DNA from: Spironucleus salmonicida | Lineage: Eukaryota | Direction of reading: 5' to 3' | Length of the DNA stretch: 64,000 nt | NCBI RefSeq assembly: GCF_000497125.1 | Contig: NC_090600.1 | Coordinates: 682,001-746,000, forward strand | Program-made: the position numbers and the translations under genes | Shown here: positions 49,207-62,781 of the stretch, one piece after another | How the letters are laid out: each line of letters opens with the position of its first letter | Numbering within the stretch: the first letter of the stretch is position 1 | The notes under the pieces: generated by a model | The model's input: only the letters and a program-made list of their open reading frames with translations | What the model was told of the DNA's origin: nothing | Databases searched by the model: none

Positions 49207-51546
49207 TCACCAGTTAGAGTCAGTTGGGTAGCCCCCCTGTCCTTCTTATTCTGTGTATGCACCTTATTCAGCATACTACCCTTCCACTTAATATCCATAA
49301 GTATCTTCCTATTATATCCCATATTAGCTCTTTACTTCCACTTTCTACCCCTGCCCCCTTCTCTCGGCCAAAATCACCTGAATCAGCACCTCCAGGACCT
49401 CCAAAACGCGAGTTTTATCACCTGATTCGAGCTGCTCGCTATATGCCATTTTGAGCAGCCGCGGCGCGAACAGGACGCTGAGTGTCTTCCCAGAACAACG
49501 CCCGTGTACCAGGAGCGCGAAATCAGCGAATGCGCCAACAGCAGCGCTATGGCGCTCCACACTCTCCAGGGACGAATTTACCGCCGGGAGCAGAATCCGA
49601 CCGATCTGATCGTCCGAAAAGTAGGGCACGAAACCGCCCAAACCGCCCAAAATCGACGCCATTTGCTTCCCCGACGCGCTCGTATTGAGCAGTTTAGTCA
49701 GGAACGGCGTCAGCGCCCCTGTGATCGGGTTCTTGTGGTCGATTTCCGGTCTCGCCGCCTCCTTTTTGGGCTCCGAAAACGCCTGCGCCATTCTCTGCTT
49801 CATCTCGCCGATCTGGGCCCCCAGCTTCATTCCGAGAGCCTACGCCTCCTCGACCATCCAGCCTGGCCCCGCAAGCAGCGGGAGCGCCTCTGGCAGCTTT
49901 TACAGCGCGAAGAGGCTCAGCTCCTCGTTCTTACTCGCAAGCGATGAGAGCAGAAGGTTGAGGCAGTACCAGTGTGAGCGGCCGCCTGCAGTCGCGTCGA
50001 AGAAGAAGGCCAAATTCGACAGGATCTGCTTAGCGATGGCGATCTGCTTCGAGGGCTCCGTCGAGTTGAGCTGCACGTCGAAATTAGGACAAAATTGCGC
50101 GTTTTTGGCGTTCTTCTCCTGCGAGTCGCCGAATGGCGTCAGATAGCCGAAAAGCTTGCCCTTCTCTTGCGTGATCTCGACGCCAGTAAACGCGATAAAC
50201 GGCGCCGATTTGGATGCCTTTTCGTAGATCACGCGGTGGCTCGTTTGCGTCTGTGCGATCAAAATCGGCTCGAAAAGCAAGAAAAGGAGCGAAAAAGGAG
50301 CAGAAAGCGAGTAGCTCAGATTGATGATCGTCTGGATTGCGAAATCCTACAAATCGATGACGCTGAGTGCCCTGATGGATCGCCCGAGGAGGGCAGTTTT
50401 GATGAAATCCGGCGAGAACTGACCGGATGCCGCAACCGTCAGAAAGTGCTGAATAGCGCCGATGAGCTCCTTGCCAGGCTTGGGGTGCTTGAAACCGCCC
50501 AGTCGCTCCACTTCGGCGGCCGCCCAGCAAACTTAATTCTCGACTGACGATTCGATGACTCCGAGGAGCTGCGTAGCGTTCTGGGCCTCCCCGCGTGCGC
50601 AAACGCCCATTTACGAACTGATATAACCAAATTTGCTCAGCGAGTAATACTGGTTGGAATTCTATTGGAAGCCTGACCAGAACTGCTCCAGCAGCCGCGC
50701 GTTCTGCACGGCGCCAGCGACGCTGATTCCACAGCTCTGGAACGGCGGGCAGACACCCATCAGTTTCCCTGAGAGGTCAGCGATCTGTGCGTCTGCGCCA
50801 GGAAACTTCTTTTAGGGGCTAGAAGCGTCCGCGAAGTTGACACTGCGGTTCCCGAAGGCCGAGAATAGCGAAAATACGAGCTGTGCAACGTCGCTGGCCG
50901 CTGTGGACGCCTGTGCGCTAATCTGCGCTGCCGTGAGATAGAACGCAGAGGGCCGGAACCAGGCCGCCGCGTCGTCGTGGAAGACGAATTGCAGAGCCGT
51001 ATGCTCGGTCATCGCGAAGCCTGCGAGAGCGAGTTCGCCAGTGGGCAGAACCGCGATGTTCGCTGGCGTTAGGTTACCGAAAACGATCCCCTGTGCGTGT
51101 AGCCGGCCCAGGTCGTTCAGGAGTGCCACGAAGCCGTAGAAGAGCAGGTCCGGTGAGAAGTTCAGTGGCATCAGGAGCTGTGAGGAAGCAATTCCGAGGT
51201 CACCATAGCGTGCTAGGAGGCCGAACAGCGTTGTGATGATGCGGGTGGTCACGTAGACCATGTAGGAGGAATCGTCTTCCAAAGGCTGCATGATCTTAAG
51301 CTGCATCCCCGGGGGCTATACAGGGGTCTGATCGCGTTTCATGCAGTTCATGAACGTTTTAAAGCCCTGGGCGTCTTTCTTGAACCAGGCCTTCTCGACT
51401 GCCTTTTTATCCAGAACCCAGACCGTTGCAGGTGCATTCGTCTTTTTTTAGAGGGCATCGTACGTCTGCCAAATCCCATGCGTTCCGCCCACGCCGGATT
51501 GCTCTACGACGTCAAAATCCTTGCAACGTGTTTTAAATCCAAACAT
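49207..51546 (-). CDS. SCY1: SCY1-like (SCYL) pseudokinase with a HEAT-like region, 779 aa
   Basis: N-terminal GIWQTYDALQKKTNAPATVWVLDKK and LGRLHAQGIVFGNLTPANIAVLPTGELALAGF match the SCY1 pattern. Fragments 50812, 49900 and 49345 join in frame to TGA. Confidence 0.85.
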
Positions 51547-51855
51547 TATTTGTGAAGTGGAGCGCAAATATTCCTATTACTGTATTATAATGATAGATTT
51601 ATTTTAGATTTATAAAGATAAAATAATATTGTTATTTTATGAATAATAAAGCATACTCTGTTGAGTTAATTATAAAAATTTTGCAAAAACTTAGTTATAG
51701 TATAAGTTTAGTAATTAAGTAATTTAGTGAAAAGTATTAAAGTAGTTAAAGTATAAAACTAAAAATATAATATTGCACATTTTACGATGATTCATATAAT
51801 ACATGAGCTTAAAATAATCACTATACATCCAAATATACAAGTTTCTTGCAGTAGC

Positions 51856-52227
51856 TCACTATTTCCAATTCTTGTAGGTATAATTAATGTCATAAACATC
51901 CAATGAACATTAATTGATTCCCCCTGAAACCTGTTCTTGTCTTAATTTCCCACTTTTCAGTTTTTATTTTATTTATATACTTTTACCTGTTTTTGTTTCT
52001 TTGAACAGATACTCAGCCTGCTGACAGATAATTTCATCATCGTTATTTTTAGTTGCAGGAAAAACTTTTCGCTAAATAACCTTTTTTAGTTTATCAGAAT
52101 AATCAGGCGGACTAAATGGAAGCGTAGTATATTTTTAATCTAGAAATTAAAGTTGAATTTAAGAAAAATTTAACTAGGTTTATGCAGAGGCAATGACAGT
52201 TTAATAGTTTTGCACTTTCTATTTCAT
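51856..52227 (-). CDS. Hypothetical protein, 123 aa
   Basis: ATG 52227 open in code 6 to tAGTGA. Confidence 0.5.
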
Positions 52228-54370
52228 AATTTAATACATCTATAATAATTATATAAAATATATGTGACTAAATAAAATCAAAATGATGTTTTAGCAGTTC
52301 TTCTCTCAAAGTATAGGATGGTAGGATATATCTAAAATTATACGCTATTATAGTACAAATAATCTACTTCACTATTACTTCTTAATTTTTCCACATTTAA
52401 CAAGATAAAAATATTAATTTTTTAGCTGCTAAACAGTTTTAGTCTAAAGACTTTCTTCCTAAATTTTTCTGAGATTATAACCATATAATGCAACAGATGT
52501 TATCATTATTTACCTTTATTATTTAGTCCATATATTGTATTGTTGTGGCTTTTATTACTTTGATTTAAATGATTACTATACTGCTTAAACCTATTGTCGT
52601 ATGTGATACTAAATGTTGCTGGTTTATATTACTATCTCTGATTTAAGGAAAAATTCTAAAAATAATAACTTCTTGTTACAATAGCTTATAAGGTCTAGTC
52701 GATAATTATAAACAAAAATCTAATTATCTTCAGATACTGTAGGATTCAGTATAGTATAAGGGAAATTTTAAACACTATCAATTGTTTTTATTTCTTAAAT
52801 CTCTTGTATTATGAAGATCTATCGAAATTCATCTAAATAATATACCTTGTGGAAATCTAATAAAAATAAATTATCTTAGGTTACAAGCTACTAAATATCC
52901 TTCTTAAATTTTTGATAGATATCTTCTCGTAGTGTTTCTTCTATTTCAATGTTATTATATGTTGCGATTTTTAATAATTATAATCTAGAAAACTTTTAAA
53001 TATTAAAATACGTTATTTTATATGCATTATTGTAAGTACCCCTATAAGCGTAGTCATTTATATGTTTTTAATAAATCCATTCAATAATTTATGCTAATTC
53101 TTCTGTCTTCATTCTGTTATGATGGAAAAATATTTATTTTTGATATTATATGTTATTATGACGATAATTATTTTATTAAAATTGTATAGTGTATAATTGT
53201 ATTAAACTTCGGTTTTTGTTTATTAAATTTTTGTAGTTTTTTAAACCAATTTATACATAATGTTTAAAAATATATTTTATTTGAAAAATACGTAGAAACT
53301 AAAATATGCTATTTTTTGAGACGTTTATCAGTAAAATAAGATGATACAAATCGCAAAATATATTATGGAAAAATATATTGAAATACTACGTTAAAGAGAA
53401 AGTGCATCTGTTAATTATATTTAATAAATTATACTAAATATATGTATAATAAATTCTGGTGACTCCATACTAACTGCAATTTTCTACATTATAATTTCTA
53501 TTTCGCGTTTAAATTGTATTTAAGCAATATTTTAGTTACCTAATATATTAATTATTTTTATTTTTAATTAACTACAAAATTAGAATAAGTATATAAACAT
53601 ATTTACCGGATTTTTATAAATTTAACTTGTGTATCATTAAATTATATTAATATTTTATCTATTTTTACACGAATTAACTAAATAAGATAACGGTTCTTGT
53701 TATCATAATTATAAATTGATTGTAAATATAATTTACTCAAATATTTTAGATAAATCTATTTAACTAATAAAACTTTTGCTATCTATTTTATCTTAAATCT
53801 CATTGTTATTAAATTATGATATATATATTATTCATTTATTAATTTTTGCATTTAAATTATTACTAAGATTACTAGTTTTTTAACTAGGATATTATTATTA
53901 TTATGTAGAAAATTATAAGTATAAAAATTAAACTATATCACCAAAAATATTTCTAAATATATGTAAAATTTTAATTTATAAAAACAGAAATTAATAAATA
54001 ACAAATAGATACAAATGACTAATTTATAGTACTTTGGAAAATTATTATTTACTCTAACATTTTTCCATATTTTCTGCTAAAAACTAACCATCTAAGACCA
54101 TATATTTATATTAACTCCATTTCGAAAGAACACGAATTACTTACTGATTAAACCATTTAATATATACTCTAAAAGTCATATCTAAGATAGAAAATCTCTA
54201 AGCATTCGCCAGAATTTCCTCTCATTATTCCCATTCTCGCCCACTACGATCACCAATTCGATCATTTAATCACATTTCACTCCCTTCCTTCATGTCATTT
54301 TTCAACGTTACCATTACATTTAACATATTATATTATATAATATTACAAACATTATTTCTGAATATTTAAC

Positions 54371-56191
54371 ATGTATGAGATCTACCGCAAGCACCCACAA
54401 GCCTCCAAGCTGATTAAAAAGCTTAAAATCCACCAAACAGAGTCCAAACTGCTCTGGATAGTCGATGTAATCCTCCAGGCAACGCTCCCATTCAACTGGA
54501 CGTCTTCCTATGAAGGCGACGTCTTCTACGTCTCCCCGCAGGGGAAAACGCAAACTGAGCACCCCGCACTGCAGTATTTCATCATTTTAATAGAGAAAAT
54601 CCGCATTTCGGCCTCCCAGCTCGAGCCGGGCTCAATTTTGCACAGATTCACCTGCCAGCCGCCAGCAGTCGTCATCGACGTCTTAAACATGCTCTTTTAC
54701 CTCAATTCACAGCCCTCCACTGGCAAGGAGTTCGCTGCGATGCTAGCAATTTCGGCTCCAATTTCGAACGATTTTATGTTGGAAAGCGGTCATTATATCA
54801 GCAAAATTACGCGGGAAACGTTCCCAGCAAACCCCGACGACGCATTTTTCTGCGCGCTCGCGACCAGCGAAATCCTCCAGGCGGGGCATGTTCTTATCCC
54901 GAAACTGACCGCCGCGGAGGCCAAACTCTTACCCAATGGTAAAATTCTGGTCTACGATTTCGACTCGCTCCGGCCGGCGATTCTGGGCCAAAATGGCCTC
55001 AAAAACGTCAAAAGAATCAAAATGCCGTTTTTTGAGTTCGATTGGCACGCGCACGAAAATATTTTTTTGGGAGTGGAAAAAGCAAATCAAATCGTATTCG
55101 ACGGAAATTCGGCGGTCCAAAAAGCATCCAAAACGGTTCCGTACGGGCTGGTTGAAGCTCTGGCACCCCGGAATCTCGCGCAATTCACGCTGAATCTGGA
55201 CGCGAATTTGCCCGAAATTTCAGAAAATTTACTCCCCAGCGCCTTCGATTTCGGGGGTATAAAGGCTCAGAAATGCGAAAAAAAAGTTTAGAAATTCGAA
55301 AAAATTAAGAATATATCGGATTAGAACGTAAATTCCAATTTGAATTCGGTTTTCCACTCCAATTCTGATAAGTCACAATTTTCGCTGGCGGCGCTGCAGC
55401 GCGGCTATGAGACGCGCCAGAAGCCGTTTTACGAGCCACTGAATACGCTCAACCAGCCGCTGCCGAACGACCACATTCTGCAGCAGATTCTCGACCCGCC
55501 GCCTCCGGAGAGCGTTTTCTACGCGACGCTGACGCTCGACCGGGCGCAGATTCAGCAAATGCGCGAAAACGCGCGCGCTGACTGCCCGATCGACGCGATT
55601 CTGAGCGACTACCGGCGCCGCAATCTGAGCGCGCTGCTGCAGCTCAATTTGACGGTCAAAATCGCGTATTCCCAGAAGCTCGCCACGTCCGAATTTCGCA
55701 ATCCGGAGCCCGCGCAGGGCCCGCAGGACGACATGGCCTCGAAAACGGTCATCCCGCGCCTCGCGGGGAACGAAAACGCGAAATCGCTGCACCTGCAGCC
55801 GCCGATTTTGACCGAAAACGTGATTTCGTACAGCGTGAACGGGCGCGCCGTCGCGGCGGCCGCGCTGCCCTACAAGGCCACGATCGCGGACTTCTGCATC
55901 GGGCGGCTCGTGATCTGCGGCGCGCACAAGTTCGTCATTTCGCGCGCCGACGCGATGACGAAATTCTGGTACGGGAAGGCGGCGGTGCGCCTGAACCAGA
56001 TGCGGAACCGCGTGGACGTGGAGCTGATGCGGAGCGGGATCGCGTGGTGGGTGAGCCGGAAGGCCAAATTCTGCGAGGGCGACGTCGCGGAGTGCAGGGT
56101 CTGCCTGCGCGAAATCAGCGATTTGATGCTAGAGGGCTTCCAGCGGCTGAGCGCGGCGAAGCCGGACGTGAAGCTGCGGATGTTCCAGTGA
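54371..56191 (+). CDS. Protein with a CEP164-type WW-like domain and a C-terminal DM10-like segment, 606 aa
   Basis: Track ORFs 54371 and 55340 join through two TAG. Motifs LLWIVDVILQATLPFNWT..GDVFYVSPQGKTQTEHPALQYF and TIADFCIGRLVICGAHKFVISRADAMTKFWY. Ends cAGTGA. Confidence 0.8.
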
Positions 56192-56221
56192 GCGCGTTCG
56201 CCGAATCGTAAAAACCTAAAC

Positions 56222-56548
56222 TCACACCTGGCTGCCGCGGTTCACGCTCTCCCTCTGAATGTAGCTTTGGCTGCCCCTCGCCTCGAAGGTTATCTCGCTG
56301 TCCTCCTTGATGTGGGCTATTGGCAGTGAATGGTCATTAATTTCCATTATTATCTCTATGTTCTTCCTGATCTCCTTGAAAACCAGCTTGGAGTGCCTGG
56401 TCCGAATTTTGACGTTTTCGGAGTGTGTATTGAGCTTTAGCTGCTTGCTGTTGTAGTAAACGATGTACAAGTCGTCGATTCGCTCATATGTAGCTTCGAA
56501 TAGCTTTTTTCTGCATAAGCTATAAACAACAACTTAGCAAAAAGTCAT
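56222..56548 (-). CDS. Hypothetical protein, 108 aa
   Basis: Track ORF 56222..56470 extends through TAA to ATG 56548. Confidence 0.6.
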
Positions 56549-56988
56549 TATGTGGAAAGGAATTTATAATGAACATATATTATAAACTTATGGATGTCAG
56601 ATATATTTGTCATAATTATCATTTGATACAATTTAATTATCTTAAATTGTTGTTTATTTATTTAATACATAATCTTTTGAGTGAAGTGTTATGCGAGTAA
56701 TTAATATAATTCTGTACCAAAGTGAAGCTATACTCATTCATACAGTGAATCAAATCTCAGAGCCTCATTTCTGCAAGCATTTATGCATTAGTAACATTCC
56801 GTGCATAAATCGTGATCAGTTACCTTGAATGTTGGTATACCGTTTTCTTTCACTACCTTAACTATATTAAATGGACAAGAAATGACACATGTACCTTCTA
56901 GCTTGCAAACCTCCTTAATAAATTAAATACGCATTTTTAGTTATACCAATATAATATATTAAATAATATATTATTAGCTTACTCAGAA

Positions 56989-58788
56989 ATGCAAATTCTA
57001 GCCCCAACCTGTCTTCTTATAAGTTCAATTTCTACATGCAGCCCATTATAAGATAACGCAATATTAAGTTTCCCCTTCAAGTGTCCAGTAATTAATAAAT
57101 TAAAATATCTTAATGCAAACGGCAATACAATTTTAAATTGTGATCTGCAACAGGTTGAAGTGCTTGATAATGGTATTATTGCCGAAATTTAAGTAAACAG
57201 AATGCCTTAAAAAATTATTAATTCTCGTTTTCTAGCATCGTATAGTGATTCTACCGATAGAAATATTAACTTTTTTAATGTAATTTTTATAACATTTCCA
57301 GGCTTTATAGACTGTCTTAGTTGCTCTTGGGATAACGGATTTGGTGATCTGACTAAAAATTAAATTAGTAATGGAGAATTTGTGTTGGATGATAATTTTG
57401 ATTCATTAACAATTATTAATAGCAGTTTTATCTTAACAGGAGTGGTTAAGAATCTCAAAGTAATAGGCAGCATTGGTGTGGTAAATAATGTACAAACGAT
57501 AGAATCTAATAACTCAATTATTAAACTCTATAATTCTTCTAGTTCAACAATAGGTAATCTTATAAATATTAATAATTCAAAATTAACATTAGAGCTTTAT
57601 AATAGAAGTATTCAACCAATAACTAATATTACAAATAATCATAACATTTAAATTGACATTTCAGGATACATTTTTGCTGACTAATTCAGTGTTATTTAAA
57701 ATGTTATTAATAATGGTTAGATGCTAATTCAAACAAATTTAGATGTGGAAGGAGTTGTGTTGAAAGAGTATTTTACTATATACAACTATACGTCCCTACA
57801 ACCTGAAGGTACCTTGGTGATGACCCATACCTTAACTTTTAGTTCGTTTAGAGGTGATGCCTCGGGAAACATACTTTGCTCACCAATAAATATCATGAAA
57901 GACACATAAAACACTAAAATTGTATCCTACTTTAATATCTCAAGAAAAGGCTCCCTAACCTACTAAAGCTTCATTCCAGTTTCAGTCGCCTTTCAAGGCA
58001 CCGCCAATGCCAAAATCTCAGTAACAAGCAATTTTAGCGATTTTCTCGCCCCGATAACCGCGAGTGGGGTTACCAACAACGGCACCCAGGTGGATTTCTC
58101 CCAGTCGTACAGTGTTCTAGTAAAACCGTAAAGCGTATTTTATTTCTTTAAAGGCGTCGCTGACGGCTGCTCCGACGTGCAGTCTTGCGGCGCGCCGAAC
58201 GACCTCCCCACGATAGAATTCACTGGTCTTCAGCCCGCCTGGCAGAACGCAATCTCGCTACCTGACTACAAATTTAGCGCATCGGACCTCTCCGTTTCAC
58301 TTTTCATTCCATTTTCCGCTACTTTCAGCCCCCCGGAGCGTGTCACCGTCCCGTGCGTGGCATCCTGCACCTGCCCCGCGGCGTAGACCTTCAATTTGAA
58401 TCTTCTGCGCTGCGTGGACGTCGTAAATCCGATCAAAAGCTCGCTCCAGACATCATACATCTGCGGTTTCGTCCTACTTTTGATTCTAGTAGCAGCAGTC
58501 TTTGCGATTTTTGTGGTTTTCAAGGCCCAGAAACCGCAATTTCATGCCGTGGAGTCTCCGCTTACGACAGGGCGCCAGCTGCAGCCTGTGCGCTTCTCGA
58601 CGGTACCGCTCTCGCAAAAGTAGGGCAACAGTATTCGAGCCGACGAGGAGACGTTCAATTTGTCAGTGGCGTCATCGGCGCAGAACAGCATTTTGCTCGA
58701 CTCGGACCACAACGCCGGCAGTGGGCCGGACACGGGTTTCGATGGCGATGCCGCTGACTTCATGCAGCAGCTTGACGCAGCAAAGTGA
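56989..58788 (+). CDS. Hypothetical type-I membrane protein, 599 aa
   Basis: Fragments 57382, 57721, 58177 and 58396 are in one frame. Asn/Ile-rich beta-type ectodomain, TM YICGFVLLLILVAAVFAIFVVF, ends aAGTGA. Confidence 0.8.
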
Positions 58789-58801
58789 GCAACTTGCATT
58801 T

Positions 58802-60460
58802 TCACTCTTCTTCCATCTCCGTTTTCTGGCGCACCACGCCCTTGTTCTTAGTCATGTACTTCAGCAGGTTGTCGTCGTCTAGCAGCTCCTCGCCCTGGTA
58901 GAGAGTTTTCACGGTCTCGTTCTTGATATTCATTTGCTCGTTCATGAGCTTCAGGTAGTCCATCGGCGCATCTTCGTCATCAGAGTTGATTTCTACGCGG
59001 TTGAACTTGACCCTGGGTTTGGGAACAAAGTTTGCACCGTAAATCCCGGTCGGGGCGAGCTTCTGATGGGACTCGTTACGCGTGGACGCGCGGGACTGGA
59101 TCAGCCGGGAGCCAGACGTAGAAGTAGCAGATTGGTCCAAATTCAGATGAACCACTGGTAGTATTTTTGGTGGATCAGGTTAGTCTTGCACATGATGTTG
59201 GTGGAAGATCGCAATTTTCTCTCTGCAGCATAACAATAAAATCAGCAAAACCAGTAAAACCAGAACCAATAAGAATGATATAACTGTCAAAATGAGCTAA
59301 AGCGTATACGGACTTGTTACACACTGCAGCGGATCAATAGATAACATAAATCCGTAGCTGCAAATGACTTGTTTTTAGCAAATTTTGTCAAAAACTTCGT
59401 CAATAGAGCAAATTTGGTCTGAATCAAGCGTAAATGGAAGGTTTAGATCGAATTCTATTATTAAGTTGCCATGCTCTGGAAATATCATCGGAGTGCCTCT
59501 GCTGCACTGCCCGATAAAACTTCCTGTTATGTAATACGGTGCGGTTGCGCCATTTAACGAGCAGCTAAGCGCCTCTGTTTCTGTTGAGAAGCGCAGCGCT
59601 GATTTTGAAGCATTAAACTTAAAATCAAACGTAAGCTTAGCTTCTTTCTAACTAGCACTTACGAAACTAAAGTTTCTTTATATATTATCCGCATCTGAAT
59701 CCTCGCCAAAGTTAAAGGAAACTTAATCAAGGCTCACATCTTTCACAAAAAGCGTATATTTCAACATAATTTTAGAAGATTCTACGTGCTAAAACGGTGA
59801 TTTATAGAGAACTTTTCCATCGCCCTCCGTACTGTTCAGAACGATGTGGCCCACGATAGTGATATTTGAGTTCGTAACCATCCGCACCTCCTATTGCATG
59901 TAACCCATACTTACGAAAAACACTGAAATATTTGAATTTTTGATGATATATATCAGGCTGTAGTCAAACAAATTCCCTATAATTTTGATGTTAGACGTCT
60001 CCACCTTGTTAATTACGTTAAAATTAGAGTCCTAGAACATCACATTTGAATTCATGATCGCCACCTTCTAGACAAGGGCCCGGACGGATTGAATATTCGA
60101 GTCTACTATGATTAGTTCACTGATATCTCCTTAAATCTGAAAAACTGTCGAATTCTAAAGTTTCAGGCTGACGCCCTCGACGATTAGCGTATGGACCTGT
60201 GAAAACAGGACCTCCATGGCCTATCTAGCCACGCAGGAACCTATAATCGTGGAGTTGATGATAAACCTGGGGCATTCCCCGCCGTTAAGCCTCAAAACTG
60301 CATTTTGCACGCGGCTGGCGTCGATTTTATTGATTTAGTGGAAATTTCCGTTAACGAAGTTGGCCGAAACGGGATTAGTAACGGACTCAGACAGTACCAG
60401 TGCCGTGCCAGTGCATGGGGTCGCTTTGCTGCAGATCTGCAAACTAAGGCAGATGAGCAT
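58802..60460 (-). CDS. Hypothetical type-I membrane protein, 552 aa
   Basis: ATG 60460 (MLICLSLQICSK) is in frame with track ORF 58802..59155. TM LILTVISFLLVLVLLVLLILLLCC, ends gAGTGA. Confidence 0.78.
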
Positions 60461-60556
60461 TCAAAATTCGAAATTTAATATATATTATTATACGACGAGC
60501 CACGTTTAATGTCAAAAAGTTGTACCACGGCGGGCGAAATTCATTCATTCAGCAAA

Positions 60557-61039
60557 TCACTCTACAAACTCGCAGAAAATATCGTCCAGGAGGCTGTAGT
60601 CGAGCCTGAGAGCCTTCGCGAGGCCGGAGTCGTCTTTTTACGCTGCAAACTTGTCGAGAAACTCCTGCGCCAGCGCCTAGTTGTCAATTTTCTGGGCCAC
60701 TGCGGCCTACGGCATTTTGAAATTGAAAGAAACACGCTGCTAAGATGGCCGCTTCAAAGCGCTGATTTCCAAAGCAAGTGGTTTATTGGGCTCCGGGAGC
60801 TCGATGCTTATTTTGGGTAGCGGTAGATTTCTATCCACGTACTCGTCGAATTCGAGCTTTTGGGCGCTCGCGATCGCCGCAATTTGCTGCTGGCGACTCG
60901 AGAAGGCGACAGGCGTTGCTGAAAAAATTGCTGCAAATTGGATGTACAATGCATCGTAGTCAGTGGCGTTTAGCTGTGACGGGTTCGCCAGTACCTTAAA
61001 TTTTTGTGAAACCGACTGAATGTGCTTTCTCGAGGACAT
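60557..61039 (-). CDS. Hypothetical protein, 160 aa
   Basis: Track ORF 60740..61039 reads through TAG to gAGTGA at 60557. Confidence 0.7.
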
Positions 61040-61276
61040 TGTGAAGTAGAAAATATGATTGATTATGTATAATATTGTATATAAGTTGTGTCGCGCTGTA
61101 AAAAGTAATTATTAAAAAAATCTTAATAATATAATTCTGTACGCAGGCAAAATTTATTGATTATTGTTTAATATAGATAATAAGAATAATGCTTGTAAGC
61201 TAAAATATACAAAATCAATGAATAATGTTTTTAATTCATATAATAATTATATAAATGTTTGACTTGATTATTTAAA

Positions 61277-62680
61277 ATGAAGGTAAGATAGTCTCCTTTT
61301 AAGATCGATATTACAAATGGACCAATTGACCGCAATGACGCCATTTAGATTGATTATCAAAAATGTATTGGATGTTAGATGTGCGCTAAAACATGCACGG
61401 ATTCATAAAATTTTAATATCTTTAAGATCTCTGCTCCTAAAACAAAACCTTTTGTTAATGCATATGGTTCAGTTGCCGAAGGAACTGAAAGAAATGCCCT
61501 CGCAGGAACTGACTGCACAGGTTGTGGTGCTTGTGTACGTGCTTGCCCTGTTGAGGCATTAATGCCTGCTTTTAATATAAGACCAGTTTTAGAACAAATC
61601 AGCGAGAAGAAGAAGGTTACTATAGCTGTCATTGCTCCTAGTACCCGTGTAGGACTGGCTGAAGGAATGGGCATGGGTGTCGGTGTTACGGCAGAAAGAT
61701 AAATGGTTTATGAACTCAAATAGATGGGATTTGACTACGTATTTGATAATATGTGGGGAGCTGATGCCACTACCACTGAAGATGCTAAAGAGATCCTTAA
61801 GGCGAAAGCAGCAGGTAAAACTGCTTTTACCTCATGCTGCCCTGCATGGGTTAAGCTTGTAGAGACTACTTATCCTGAATTGCTTCCTAATATTTCTAGT
61901 GCTCGTTCTCCTCATGGCATTATTTGCTCTGTTATTAAGAAATACTTTGCTAAGGATATTGGCAAAAAGGCAGATGAACTTTACGTAGTTGGTGTTATGC
62001 CATGCACTGCTAAGAAAAACGAAGCAGCAAGAAAAGAGCTCACTACTGATGGATCCCCAGATTGTGATATCTCTATAACTACAAGAGAGTTAATGGCTTA
62101 TCTCAAAGAGAAAAAAGTTACTTTTTCGGCTGCACGCGAGATAGAATTAAAAGACAACGTGTAGGCATAATATGATGCTCCATTTAATACATTTTCAGGA
62201 TCTGCTTATATTTATGGCAAAACTGCTGGTGTTACTGAAGCTGTTGTGCGCTATGTGTGTGCAATAAAGAAAGTTCCCTTTTCAGTGGGCATGATAACTA
62301 AAGAGTTAATTTGGGAAAATAAACTCCATTCATCATCGCTCACCTTGTTAACCTTCAGTGCAGCAGGCGAAGACTATAGAATTTGCGTATCATACGGTGG
62401 TTTAGCAGCTCATAAAGCAGTTGAATTATACAAGAGTGGTGAATTAAAAGTGGATGCCGTAGAAGTAATGGTTTGCCCTGGCGGTTGCGTAGGAGGAGGT
62501 GGCCAACCAAAATAACCTAAGAAAGATATGATACTTAAGAGACACGAAGGTCTTGACAAGCATGACAAAGAGGCTCCTTACTCAAATTGTACTGAGAACC
62601 CTACACTCAATGAGTTTTATGAAAGAATTGGCACTGATGTACACCATGTTATGCACACCACTTATTCTGCATATAAATGA
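61277..62680 (+). CDS. hydA: [FeFe]-hydrogenase, 467 aa
   Basis: Two 4Fe-4S motifs (CIGCQMCAKTC, CTGCGACVRACP) and H-cluster motifs TSCCPAW, MPCTAKKNE and EVMVCPGGCVGGGGQP. One ORF only if TAA/TAG are sense codons. Confidence 0.96.
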
Positions 62681-62712
62681 TATTTAACATTTTCATTTTA
62701 ATTAATATCTAA

Positions 62713-62714
<2 letters not shown>

Positions 62715-62754
<40 letters not shown>
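62715..62754. repeat. (TA)20 microsatellite
   Basis: Pure TA run between the hydrogenase stop and the next ATG. Confidence 0.95.
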
Positions 62755-62759
<5 letters not shown>

Positions 62760-62781
62760 TACTTTATTCACTTTCCATTAA

